Source: Paraphysomonas bandaiensis (lineage: Eukaryota > Protista > Chrysophyceae). From it: a stretch of 64,000 nt of DNA. The stretch is from NCBI GenBank assembly GCA_965644295.1, contig CBFFRP010000017.1, positions 1 through 64,000 of the forward strand, written 5' to 3'. Shown here in pieces: positions 51,934 through 64,000 of the stretch; position 1 is the stretch's first letter, and the number at the start of each line of letters is the position of its first letter. Under the pieces are notes generated by a model, which was given only the letters and a program-made list of their open reading frames with translations, ran no database searches and was not told where the DNA came from. Position numbers and translations under genes: made by a program.

Positions 51934-53106
51934 TTTAGTTAAATAAGTGTATATTGTGTCTGTAGTCTGTAAGCAACACCCTTACTTTCTCCTGGAATAT
52001 ATAGAACAAATATTGATTTTGGTCACACCTAAAATAGTGCAAAAACCTAGTCAAGGGGTTAAAATTCTAGTCTTGAAATAATTTATTTTTCCAGTTTGTA
52101 ATATAAAATATGATGACTAGGATGACGATGTGTTTATAGTGTTCACCTAGTTATCTATTAATAAATGCAGATATTGAATTATTTATTACTTTGACTAGTT
52201 TTTTACACCAAAATTAGTGTTAATATTCTCCAATCGTAATTACTTCCGCAATTGTCCTCCCAACGGAAGTCTTAACTTAAAGTGGGTCGGAATGTCGGAA
52301 TTACGCTATTTCCAAATAACATGTCGATTATTGTATTATCTAGTCATAATAAAGTCATTAGATTTTCTCACATATTTCACAGTTCACAGTTCACAGAATA
52401 CTATATGTGTTGGAATACGTATGGTTCTCTAAGATAGTACTGTAGAATAAGTTAAATACAATGTGAAAAACAGTAATACGTAGTCAATAGTCAAAGGTGC
52501 TATATAGCTATAACTGTGAAACTGAAGTATTATATCATGACGATTCAAGATACGGAAGTTGAGCAGTGGTTGATATGAACGAAATAATTTATCATGTTGT
52601 TGACATGTGTTACATGACAACACACACAATTGTGTATACAATTATAATAAAGTAATCTATCTAGTTTGACTAACTTAAACCTCTCTTACAACGATCTTAA
52701 TCATCTGAAAATGGTCAATTCTCAATAATATGTGCGAAGTAGAGCTGTATCACACTTCGCTTTCCAATTAAACGTAAAAGTGAATACTAGGCTATATTAG
52801 TCCACCTGAAGCAGAAAAGTCCATGATACTTTGATATAACTATTCCAATATATACCACTCTTCAATCTGTTTTAAATTACAGCAAAATGTCATTAGAGAA
52901 ATTCTATCTACCAAGGGACGAGCTGCACCCCCATGTAGTCAAAGTTACCCAGTGCAAGTATACTCCACAATCGGGGTGAACACTCTGTATCTATCTTAGT
53001 GTAGCGCTGCAAGCTGATAACATATACGGATATCAACAACACCATCTCATCCACTATAACGGTTATCATCTATACATAAAAACTTTGTGTTTTAATAGCA
53101 ATCTAA

Positions 53107-55182
53107 CTAACTCATGCAGCAACTGTTGTCTCGACAATTCGCTTTGCTGGCTTGGTCCTCTTCTTCTTTCCGCTTTGACTCCTTCTCCATCTGCTTTGCT
53201 CTGTGAGCTTCTTCTTCTGCTTTCCTCATGACCCACGAATCATGGACCTCTTTGTAAGCTAATTGAATGGTCTCGCTCTCGGGGCTCAGCTCCTTGGCTA
53301 GGGTACATTCAAGGATTACAGATAACACCAAGAAAATCAGCAACCTTACCTCTACGATATGACCCGAGAGCCTCCTCGATGCGTCCCAAACGAAAAAGTG
53401 CTCCTCCATGGCGAGCCCAGCCTTTCTCCCATTGCGGCATCAGTCGCACACATTCTTCGGCATCAGACAAGGCTGCGCGAAGAAGAGAGAGATGACTATA
53501 AGCAGCTGACCTGACTCACAGCATTAACTTGCCACAGCTTAATATACATACAACCCCCACCTGTTACTGTACAATATTCCGTTGCTACAGTCTGCTGCTA
53601 TCGCGAGAGAATACATTTCTATGGCACTGTAGTGATCCGACTGCGCCATGAAGGCGTTTCCTTTGGCTTTATATTCCTTAGCAATTTCTACGGACTTCCA
53701 ACCGGTATCTAACACATCTCCATACTCTGTGTAGGACGAATTTCTCTGCATCACACGCAATCCCCATCCACTACTGAGTACTGTTCTCTGTTCCCCATTT
53801 CCTTCGGTATTTGCAGTCAGAGGCCACTCACTTGACGAGTTTTCCTTGACAGCTCGGACTGCCACTCGCACATCTCTTTCCAATGATATGCTAAGTTCAA
53901 CATCTAACTCCACGCATATCTCACCGTCATCTTCTCCAGTGGTCTGAGGTAGCTGCACAGCCAGAGAGAGAAGAGTACGATAAGCACCGTATTCCCCAGG
54001 TACGCATTCTGTCACTTCCATAGCCACTTCTATAGGCGATGAAGATACCGCTGGTAGAGAACACGACAATCTGCGTGTCACGGACCCTGGAATGGAACAG
54101 CAAGGAAGTAAAAAGGGAATAGATGTTACTGCAGGAGTAGAGCAATCCAAGTCTGTGCCCTCAACTATACACATTCCCCGTATGCCCACTGTACTGCAGA
54201 GTAGGGGGGTATACGAAGAGACTGCATTAGCGCACATACGCACACCCTCGTCTAGGCAACCCATTTGAGGCAGTATATACTGACTCACAGGGGTTACATT
54301 GCACACCTCTCGCGTGGCGCCACCTAGCCATTCAGCAAGTTCATTGCGCGCCTCTCCTACAAACCAGATGCCCCCCACCTCTCCTGCAGGGACAGAACAT
54401 TCATGCACGAGCCTAGACACCACGTCATGTGGGCTCCTGAAGTACTTTACATGGGCGCGGTCCTTGACAACAATGTGAGTAAAATGCTTCCATAAAAAGT
54501 CCACTGAGTTTCCTATTTCGACCAATGAGCAAGAAATACCGGAGAGATAAAGCGACAATATCAAATGGAATCCCGGTTCTATACCGCCACTTGCTAACAT
54601 ATTGTACAGTGCAAGTGCAGCAGCGGCATGAATATGCTCAATCCGACAATGTGCCTCACCAAATCTATTCTCTGACCTGATTTCACTGGACACCCGAGAC
54701 TTTGTAAACACAGTGCAGTCCTCTGAAAACACGTGAACTGATGAAGGGCAGCTGTCCAACAATCCATCGTCCATCAGCCGCAACATAGTAGACGTAATGG
54801 ATAAAGAAGGTTGATGTATATCGCACACCTTTCGTGGTAACTTGATATGACCTCCCGACTCTAGCGTCACACAGGAATAGAGTCTATCGCTATGCACGAT
54901 ACCAGTATATGTGCTGCTCTGTCCGCTCTCCGCAGTCGCAGACGAGTTATTCCTTTCCTCCAAAAGATCTAGAATCCTGTTAGTTCGATCCACAAACCCC
55001 TTCCTAACTGGCTTAACATGATCGCCGTGCAGCTGGTCGATGTGGTTCAGCTGGAGCTTCTCTGTGAACCCGTACAACTTGGCGATCTGACGACAGCTGA
55101 GAGTCTGGGACTGAACCACCGCCTCCACACCACTCACTGCCAGCTCCAGATACTCCACGCTGCCCAGGTCACTGATGTCCAT
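53107..55182 (-). CDS. Degenerate Hsp70-like protein with C-terminal STI1-type TPR domain
   Basis: TPR: AKEYKAKGNAFM...AIEMYSLAI...LYSNR|SAAY...EKGWARHGGAL. The upstream part shows colinear, eroded Hsp70 motifs. Confidence 0.7.
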
Positions 55183-56331
55183 CGATTTGGCTGGGATGAG
55201 ATAACTAGCTGTGACCTCTGATCACTCTGCGCTCTGTGTGCATGTATGTGCAGGCAACTCATATGCACACACACTCCTATGACTGAGTGTTAGAATACCA
55301 TGGTATACCAGTGTACTGTGTCCGTATACCTTACGTATACTGCTGTAGACATACTGCTGTACATACATTGTCGATGGACACACATCTCATACAGCAGTAC
55401 CCAGCACTGCTGTATCTCCTGCCCATGACTGCCCTTCGCCGCCATACGTATAGTCTTGACCTTCCTCCTCACACTCGACTTAGTCTTGAGCCTAGTTGGA
55501 CCCGGAGAGGTTGCGATACTGTACATAGATCCCGAGGAGAGAGGAGAGATGTAGGTGTCTTCGTAGAATAGGTACGAGAGAGAGACAGGCGACTTATTGG
55601 GGCTGCTGGTGGCTATGTGTCATGGGGTTAAACATGTACGAACATGTATGTATATGTGAACATATCTCTTTGCTCGATATGAGCTACGACTCCATATATA
55701 TATCGCATGAGTCTGTAGACGTAGTCGTTAAGGCGTGAGATGTTACCCGTCAGTGCAATATAGAGATACGGCCAAAGTTGTACGTCCACCCTGCGTGACA
55801 TGGTTGATCCTTTTGTTTTTGTACGTGGTAGTCCTGTTTGCTTGACCGTAGCTATTCTATCGTCCAAGCAATGCTACAGTACAACTGCTACATGTCCCCT
55901 GTAACTGACACAGGTTGTACATCATATCGATACTTACAGAATAAAGAGGTCCAACACTTATAGAATGTCAACCCCAATTATTTGTGTATAATATGAATTT
56001 CTGATCTAATACTGGAATTTAATTGCTCTGTCCATGTAATACGCTTTTATATTGTTTCCACGAAACTATTAATGGTAGTCGTGTAAGCGTGCAAGCGTAT
56101 GGTTATTATAGAGTATCAATAATACTTCGATACAATGAAGACCATCTAACCACAGCATCAGCACTGACACATAGATAGGAGTAGTCTATGATTTAGAGGT
56201 AGTGAAATTACAAAGGGCTCGTCCTATTTAGCCATATCGGCTACAACTACTAATAATAGGGCACAGTTATGTCCATTTACATATATCTGCCGAGCAAACA
56301 ATGTCTATGTTTGCTTTTTATATGAACATGC

Positions 56332-58071
56332 TCAGTAATTGTGCATATCCTACAAGGAATGGTGAATACATATGAATGCGTTGGCGTAATTAATGTATAC
56401 CTGTACCGGCATACCACTCCTGATCTCGTTCTGCTGCGCTCTATCGAAAAAAGCGTACGTTATTCCATTTTCCTCGGCACCGCAATATGCCACTGTATTA
56501 CAATACATCATTCTAAAAGAATTTCAACATTTGCATTAACTCTTGCCTACTCTGCCCCAGGCGTCTACTGCAATAGAATGCCCGTATGATTGTCTCTTAG
56601 AGTTGTGTACCCCTGACTGAGCGGCGGCGACAAGCATACATTGTGTCTCAATAGCTCTTGCTCTAAGCAAGATCTCCCAGTGAGCATGCCCAGTTTTTAC
56701 TGTAAATGCAGAGGGCACAAGAATGATATCCGCCCTGAGGTCTTGTCTATGGCGGAGTTGCTCGAACATAAGTGGAAAGCGGATATCGAAGCATATTGAT
56801 AGACCCACACGAGCGAAACCCATGTCAACCACAACAAGCTCCGTACCAGGGACTATGTAAAGGTAAAGATATTAAAATTCAGAATATAAAAATGTAAAGA
56901 TAAAAACTTTCCGCTGCAGTGAGATATAGGGCATGCTTAACGCACGGTACATCAGTACCTGTTGTCGATGACTCGTACAGACCAGCACAGGGCGCATCAA
57001 ATAAATGAATCTACATCACAACAATGAACCACGTCAGACAGAAATGTAATAGCAACTTACCTTTCTGTAAAAATACCTATGGTCTATAACTCCATTTGGA
57101 GATACAATGACGTGCAGATTGGATAATTTAACTTGGTCCTCAACCACCCGCCGTTCCGGAAACCCGCCAAGAGAGAGCCAAATCCTAAGTTCTTTCGCAA
57201 GACTCGCGTATCGAGAAAGAATCGTGCTGGTAGCTGGATCTTCTGCAGCCGCGATACTCTCGGCACCAGTCTCTCCAATGTAAGAAAAACATTCAGGCAA
57301 ACATATCAACACAGGTAGGGCGGAAGGTGAGCCCGTGCAGGCCTCACGAATAAGCCTCTCACAGGTGGCGTAGTTCACCTCTTTGTCGCCACATGCGCAC
57401 ATTTGTACTATCGCTATAGTCACTACATCCTGATTTCGGAGGCAGGTGGCCTCCGCAGTCTGTACGATAGTTTTCACGGTCTCATCATTCCATTTACACA
57501 CCCGCCGCACGCCTGACAAACACTGTGCATCAGGGTCCCTACTACGAGAGGGAAGGTTCCAGGGATATTCACCAAATAAAATGAAGGGCAGTCCGGCACC
57601 ACTGCAGTCCACCGCATGGTGCGGAGAATCATCTATAAGCAGACACGCGCCGATATCCCTGCAGATATCCGACTTCTTGCGAGAGGAGCCGTCCGTGGCA
57701 TACATGCTCCCAAAGTGAACACCAGAGAATAGATGGGGGAAGTGAGTGTCTAACCAGAGGCGGGTGTCAGCCTCCAATGAATGCAAACGAGAGGTCACTG
57801 CATGCAGCTCATATCCATGTCTGTCACACAGTGTCGAAAGGGCCTCTTTTGCCCCTGGAACAGGCCTCATGTTAGTAAAATAGCTGGATGAAAAGAATCT
57901 GTGCATCTTTATATTAGCCTCCCGCTGCTCGCCTCCCCACACTCTATGAAAATCATACGATACGAAGTCATCTAATTGGAAGCTCATATGGTACTCTTCG
58001 TTATGAAAAGCAACCAATGATGTCATGAAGTCAGCTATCACTTCATCGATATCAACAGCTATCTTCAACAT
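56332..58071 (-). CDS. Fusion of an NT5C-like HAD phosphatase and a Nit1-like nitrilase/amidase
   Basis: KIAVDIDEVIADF, VTSR, KSDIC and LIDDS (HAD motifs I-IV) lie in the same exon as IAIVQM and LPECFS. Later exons give YRK|IHLFD, SICFDIRFP and HWEILLRARAIETQC. Confidence 0.9.
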
Positions 58072-58544
58072 GCTGGAATACTAACAGTCTTAGGGATCTA
58101 TTGGCGGATGAAGGAATATGAATGACACACGAATAACAACACTTTAACTCTGGAGGCTGTGGATACATACATGTACATCATGGCCAGCAGTCCATTGACA
58201 CGGCTGGATATGGGGTTTATAGTGGATCGACTGTAGATATTCGTGAACCCGCAGCAAAAAAAATATCCCAGAAATACTTAAAATCCTATATTTTCAGCGC
58301 TATGCTGCCACACAGTAGCAAAAAACAAGCAATATCTAAATGCTAAATGCAGAAATGCACTTCGTAGTGGTAGAAGGATGAATAACACACTGGGGATTGA
58401 CTCCAATGTCTCATCTATGGCAGCAACTGAACAGTGAAGATAAGTCATAAGGAGATAAAGATGACACAGAATTGTTGGCTCTGATTGCTGATGGGAAAGA
58501 TGCTCAAATAGATTCCGTTTATCAGGCCATCGATAGTGGCCATT

Positions 58545-58641
58545 TCACATCGCCCTCATGATCACATCGCCTTCATGATCACATCGCCCTCATGATCACA
58601 TCGCCTTCATGATCACATCGCCCTCATGATCATATCGCCCT
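58545..58641 (+). repeat. 17-bp minisatellite, ~5.7 units
   Basis: (tcacatcgccYtcatga)n with alternating C/T variants. Confidence 0.95.
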
Positions 58642-59234
58642 GGAAGCAGCTCACACAAATTCTAGGTACAAATTTATTGCACGTATGTGACCCGAAGTAT
58701 AATTTTTCTTTCAATTATTCGCCAAATATTAGAAATATTAGCAATCTTCCCCGTTCCATCTGATACTATGGTTGGTGCTCTTGTGGCTGCCACTCTTGTG
58801 AAGCAGAAGGTTCTGACGATAGAATATCAATTGGGGACGAATGCTATCGCTCCTACGCAAAGAGTAAGTGTCATCTCTATCGTCATAGTATAACATAATG
58901 TGAATGACACCCAACTGCAACAAATGCATCAGTGTATTAACTTCAGCACGTGCTGGCAAGGCTTCCCCTATTGCAATATATGTATATGTTTAGTGATATT
59001 CTTCTGATGGTATGAGACATACCAGTGAGGTGCGAGAAAGCTGACATATTTCACCACATTCGTATCATATCTACTTTACTATAGGAAAACTAGCATTACA
59101 CTTTGTCTGAAACGTAGGATGGTGTGTATAAACTCTAACTGCAGTATGGTATTGCTTAAAAAAACTACTAACAGAGATCAAAATTTAATGAAACAGTTAC
59201 TGTAGCACTGTTTCTGGCTCTTCACACTACACTG

Positions 59235-60014
59235 CAGGGATAGGGAACAATATATTGCAATACTATTGTTAGATAGCGTTCCATCAATAGTATTGATGGA
59301 TTTTTTAAACCGGTCCTACAATACAATTACAATATATTGCAATATATTAGTATGACTAATCAGTAGGCAAACACATCCGTAGATTTGATTTTTAGTATTA
59401 GTCATTAAGATCACATGACAACCAATACAACTGCTGCTTATAGCTACTAAAAATCCACCTCGTCCTCATCCTCTGAGTCATCATCGGTGACGTCAACATC
59501 ACCATATTCATCCACAGAATTAATTGAAATATATGCTAGTATCCGGCCATAACTGTCGAATAGCTTTCAGAAACAACAGCATATTAAGTAGGATGGATAC
59601 TTTTGCGCAACACTGATATAATATGTTTAGCTGTGCTGACCAGACGTTCCCATGTATTGGAAGTACATACCAGGGCCAGGCAACCACTGATGACTCGTGG
59701 ATCTCTACGTTTCTTAATTTTTTGAGCTGACTGAAGGTTTTTAGTCGCATAGTCAACATCAGCTTCATTATCCTTTGTAATGTTGTAATCAATTTCTCGG
59801 TTATTTATATCCATTTTGCACCCTACAGTTGAGAATCTTTTCTTATATGACTATCATAATATTGATTGCAATATATTGCAATAGTATTGTGAGCTCTTTT
59901 AACAGAAACACTATTGATGGAATATTTGACTAGTCCACCAATCAATATATTTTACAATATATTGCAATATATTGTACAATGTATTGCAATACAATATATT
60001 GTTCCCTATCCCTG
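59235..60014 (-). mobile_element. Non-autonomous hAT transposon (780-bp deletion derivative)
   Basis: TIR cagggatagggaacaatatattg at both ends and perfect 8-bp TSD ctacactg (59227-59234, 60015-60022). Internal remnant TSNTWERLVSTAK...LLFLKA is the hAT dimerization motif. Confidence 0.93.
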
Positions 60015-60254
60015 CTACACTGTATACTGTATGCCATATTATAATGTCTGAATCATGTCTAGTACACACTTACACACTACATTCTACAGTCATACTCCAC
60101 AGCTCCACAGTATTGTATACCACTGCATATTCTTAAGCTAACCGTTAACTTTAAAATGACTTTATCAGATTCTAGGGTAACTGTTAAATCTAAATTTTGG
60201 TAAAGAAGTTCGGGTGTTACTCGTACCACACAAAATCGTCGTCGCCTTTTGTGT

Positions 60255-60555
60255 GTTATCCCCATTTTGTCTCAAAAGTGTTTTTGGACCTGAGTTGGGT
60301 ACAGCAGAACACTCATACTAGCACCGGGTAAATATAGGCATCCAACTTCAATAATCGGTTTGAAAAGAAATTATCTTTTATTGATTACGATAATGACAGT
60401 CATTTGTACGTGATTTCATTACATTACACGATTTCAGGGAAAGCACAATAATGATGAGCCAACATTCAAAATATCAGATCATAGAACTCCATCCTTCGTC
60501 TGATGTAGAAGGTCATAATAATGACAATGCAAGTAATCTATATTCATAACCACAC
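60255..60555 (-). repeat. Repeat family B copy
   Basis: ttgggtacagcagaacactcatactagcaccggg...catccttcgtctgatgtagaag...ttcataacc. Confidence 0.8.
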
Positions 60556-61337
60556 CTGCTGCTGAAGGTGATTAGGAGTAATTGCACCCAGTCCTTTTAC
60601 GTCTCATAATCAGGATTATTATTTACTTATTTACCTCATATCACACACACAGCATTCGAGTCAGTTGCCCAAGCAGAGTTTATGATTGCTGTATATAAAA
60701 GCCAGAGCAAGTAGCCCCGTCCGACTACATTTATCATTTATGTACGAATTTCAATTCTTCGCAGTTGCTATTCCCTGCCCTTCTGTGGTAGGGGTACATT
60801 TGTTGTAGCTATTTTTGAAATTTGGGGATTTATTGCTTTGAGTTGATGTAGTATAATTGCCATTCCCGTATGTAGTTGCCATAGATTTGAAATAATACTT
60901 TGATTTTTTATTTGATTTCTAAAGGTTAACCAGGGAACACCTATATTCCTCTTACAGTAAGCAAGCAACAAATAGCTATACAATCTAGATATTAGGTTTT
61001 CAATATCATAAGGATAAGGTACAAATTAACCCCTAGCAATAAGGAGTACCGTCCCTTATCCAAATTCGCACTCATTCAAAATTTTGAGCGTGGGACGATA
61101 TAGCCTCCTTATTACCCATGATTAAATATAACTACATTCGTTTCACCCCTTGCGATAATGCAAAAATGGTGTCATCACAGTACATGCATCAACGCATACA
61201 AGGCGCGTATAATCATAATGACAGATTGTATCACGCTACGAATCATTTGAACAATAAAGGATAGGAAGAAGTATAAATGCTGATCCATAGTACATCCACC
61301 ATAACTTTACCATCAAATTCTCCATATCAAAGCTTTT

Positions 61338-64000
61338 TTACACTATATACACTGGCTTAAGTTGATTTATATCGTACGTCTGTTTGGTAATAGGACAAGT
61401 AAAGAACATTGCCTGTTCGACTCCCATGTCCGCCGAGGTACAAGAACTACTACCTCCACTGGTCAGAGCAATAGTTCTTCTAATTTGAGTGATCGGGAAT
61501 GTATCGTTGTGTGATGCCAACACTTCAGTGCGCTTACTTTCCTCCTCAGACTGCCCTATATATTGCCTGCTAGCGCCCCCTCTGTTTCGAAATCCAATCA
61601 AAATATCAATCGGACTCATATATGACCCAAAATCATCCTTCTCCATATCCATGCCACCTGCATCGCTTGATTCTGAATGAGGACTAGGAATAAACGCTCT
61701 CTCCCTTTGGCTCGACAAACTTTTCCGCTTTCGTTGCAAAGATGGAAATGCCTTACTCAAAATAAACGCCTTACTGTACACCTGCACGACGCATAAATAT
61801 AAGTAACTATAAGATTATACCATACATTGCATATAATGTATACTATAGTAATACGATATAAGAAAGGCATGCAAAAAACATAGCCAAAACATGAGACTAC
61901 GTGACAAAGCACCTGGCCATTTGGAAGGGCCATAGGTGGATTCTCGTGGTCCATCAGCTTCCCAGACCCCCTGCATCTGAGGCGAGAACCTGTTCGAGCG
62001 GCCGCAGGAATGCCTCTGGAGAGTACCTGACCGCTATAGGTACAGACTGGACAACCACTGGAAGTTGATGATGGTGGGAGAGACGCGAACGTAGGAGTGG
62101 TAGAACACGGGTCTTTACCAGTACATGTATCAGGCGAAGCAGATGGAGACGTACGGTGAGATCGAGATGACGGAGATGAAATCTAAACAGATGCGTCAAA
62201 CATATTGTGATAATTACCATATTATGCATTGAGTATACTAGCACACAGTCTACATCAACCATTAAACGACATTGCAAAAGCCGTGCCTGCTGTGGAGAGG
62301 TCGCCCCCGTCACTCTTGCACCGGTTCCCGTACTGCTGACGCCAATTCCAGCTTGAAGCATCCGCAAAGCGTTCATCATCACCGTTCCTCCGGGAGAGGT
62401 GCTTCTAGCAAGAGACGGCATCGGCGGTGGGTCTTCACTGTCTCCCGCACAGACCGACATTACGGAGGCTCCTGATACTCCACCTGTAGATGCAATAGCA
62501 GACTGCATTTGCCGAGAAAGTGAACTCGAAGGTGCAACACAAGAAGAGGTTTTCAAAGAGAAAACGCCCAGTTGCACATACCGCTCCAGAGCACACACAC
62601 GAGGAAGGCTGCATCCACAGTCAACACATAACTAATACCAACAAAAAAGCATTTCGTACACCAAAAATGGTCAGTATACACGGTTAACGCACCTGTACAC
62701 TCTTCGAAACTCCAACCGAAATAAATCTACCATACATCTCCGCCGGTGGTTAGTATAAACCTCTTCGTACAGATGCGGTACTACAGAACCAAATGGTGAT
62801 GTGTGAGAACCTTTGCTTCCCTTTTCTTGTCCTAACCCCGCCGGGCCTGCCTGCTGAACAAACGCTAGCATAGACATAAGGTGACACATAGCCTCTTTCA
62901 TGTAAACGCTCTGCTCAGCAGCGTTGAGGATGCCAGCCTCTGACGAGGTTGAGAGGAAAGGGTCACCAACTAAACGATCGGTGTGGGAAATACTCATACT
63001 TCGGTCCCTATTCACCTGCATACTCTGTGAGTGGCGCCCTGTCTCGCTCCCACCAGTAGATGATACCCGGGTGGGTTGTTGACTAGTTGGTGGACTCATG
63101 TGGGTATAGTGAAAAAATGCAAGTGGATTAGCTGAAAATGAGAAAGGAAAAGAAAAGGACGGACTATGTGTCCCGGAAGAAGAAGCAGTGGACGCAGGGG
63201 TACTCGCAGCAGTGCTTCCTGAAGACCCAACTGCACGAGAACGACTAGGCGTGGCGACATGTGGAGCCCGCGATCCCCCAGCTCCTCGAGAGTTGGACGA
63301 TGAATTAGGCGGGACAGAGCCGAGAGATATAGATCGAGGGCGGCTACGGGTGCTTCCAGGTGCACTGTCTCCAGAAGCAGTGGGTGTTGGGACCTCGTTT
63401 CCACCATCATGTGAAGTAGACCGAGATACTGATGCTGCCGCAGATGATGCAGTTGTTGAATCAGTTGGTTTCTCCACGACTAAAGGTGCAAGGTTCTCCT
63501 AGAGTTGACAGTGCAGAAATAAACATTGGCTTTGCCCATCCTCGAAAAACTTACCTGGGCAAACTGCAATGCCTCAATAGTCCTTCCACTGTACACCAGC
63601 ACTAGAAACTGACGAATATATAAAATACATGTGGTTTAGATGTGACACGTGTAATACCTGCTCCTGACGCACGTAGAATTCCAAGGCCGAGTCAATCCGT
63701 CGTAACTTGGAGGCGTGATCGAGGCACCATTGTAGCGGTATCTCCATGTCTCCTTGTAGAATTGCGGTTTCGACCGCACTTGCAGATTTATAGATCTCTA
63801 AGTCGAGATGGTGCCGAATCCAATCTCCATTTTCGTTTATCAGTGCTTCCGCAGCATCAAATAACCTTTTTGCAACCATTATTGGTATCAAACGAGAACA
63901 AGAACAATATACCCTCTGCGTATCAGGAGGTCTCCAATCATCACAAGCACCCGCCTTTGAAATGTAAATAGCTCCTGAAAATATATCTCAGTATATGCTT
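61338..64000 (-). CDS. MAEA: MAEA/Gid9 (CTLH/GID E3 ligase subunit), 5' part outside the window
   Basis: CTLH (LQWCLDHASKLRRIDSALEF), CRA (ALERYVQLGVFSLKTSSC) and degenerate RING (CPVC...SRLRCRGSGKLMDHENPPMALPNGQ|VYS...TCPIT...LKPVYIV*). Confidence 0.88.

Noticed and set aside
61038-61115. Short imperfect inverted repeat downstream of MAEA
   Set aside because: Arms are short and interrupted, with no TSD or second copy in the window.

Overview
Gene-dense eukaryotic genomic window with short (~35-90 nt) spliceosomal introns and the standard genetic code; gene content and style suggest a protist, possibly a stramenopile (inference). Recognisable genes: HS2ST-like sulfotransferase, RPA2, a DFR-like NAD-dependent reductase, RPL39, a TRIC-like membrane protein, an F-box/ankyrin-repeat gene, VPS53-like, a ~9-kb multi-exon hypothetical gene, a PEMT/ICMT-like protein, a second sulfotransferase-like gene, SEC6, PhoD, a degenerate Hsp70-like/TPR fusion, an NT5C-like HAD/Nit1 fusion and MAEA. 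An intron-containing WDR35/IFT121 pseudogene is heavily decayed. Mobile DNA includes a Mutator element with an internal deletion, hAT deletion derivatives/MITEs and an unclassified repeat family. The most notable system is a non-LTR retroposon family present in 9 pieces: an RNase H-encoding LINE remnant, a ~520-bp SINE-like element with a reproducible 5' end and an HDV-ribozyme-like 5' fold, a solo ~190-nt module and a 37-nt tail. All share all or part of one highly structured, poly(A)-less 3' module, and six carry 12-15 bp target-site duplications. All calls were made by eye; no database search or folding program was run.
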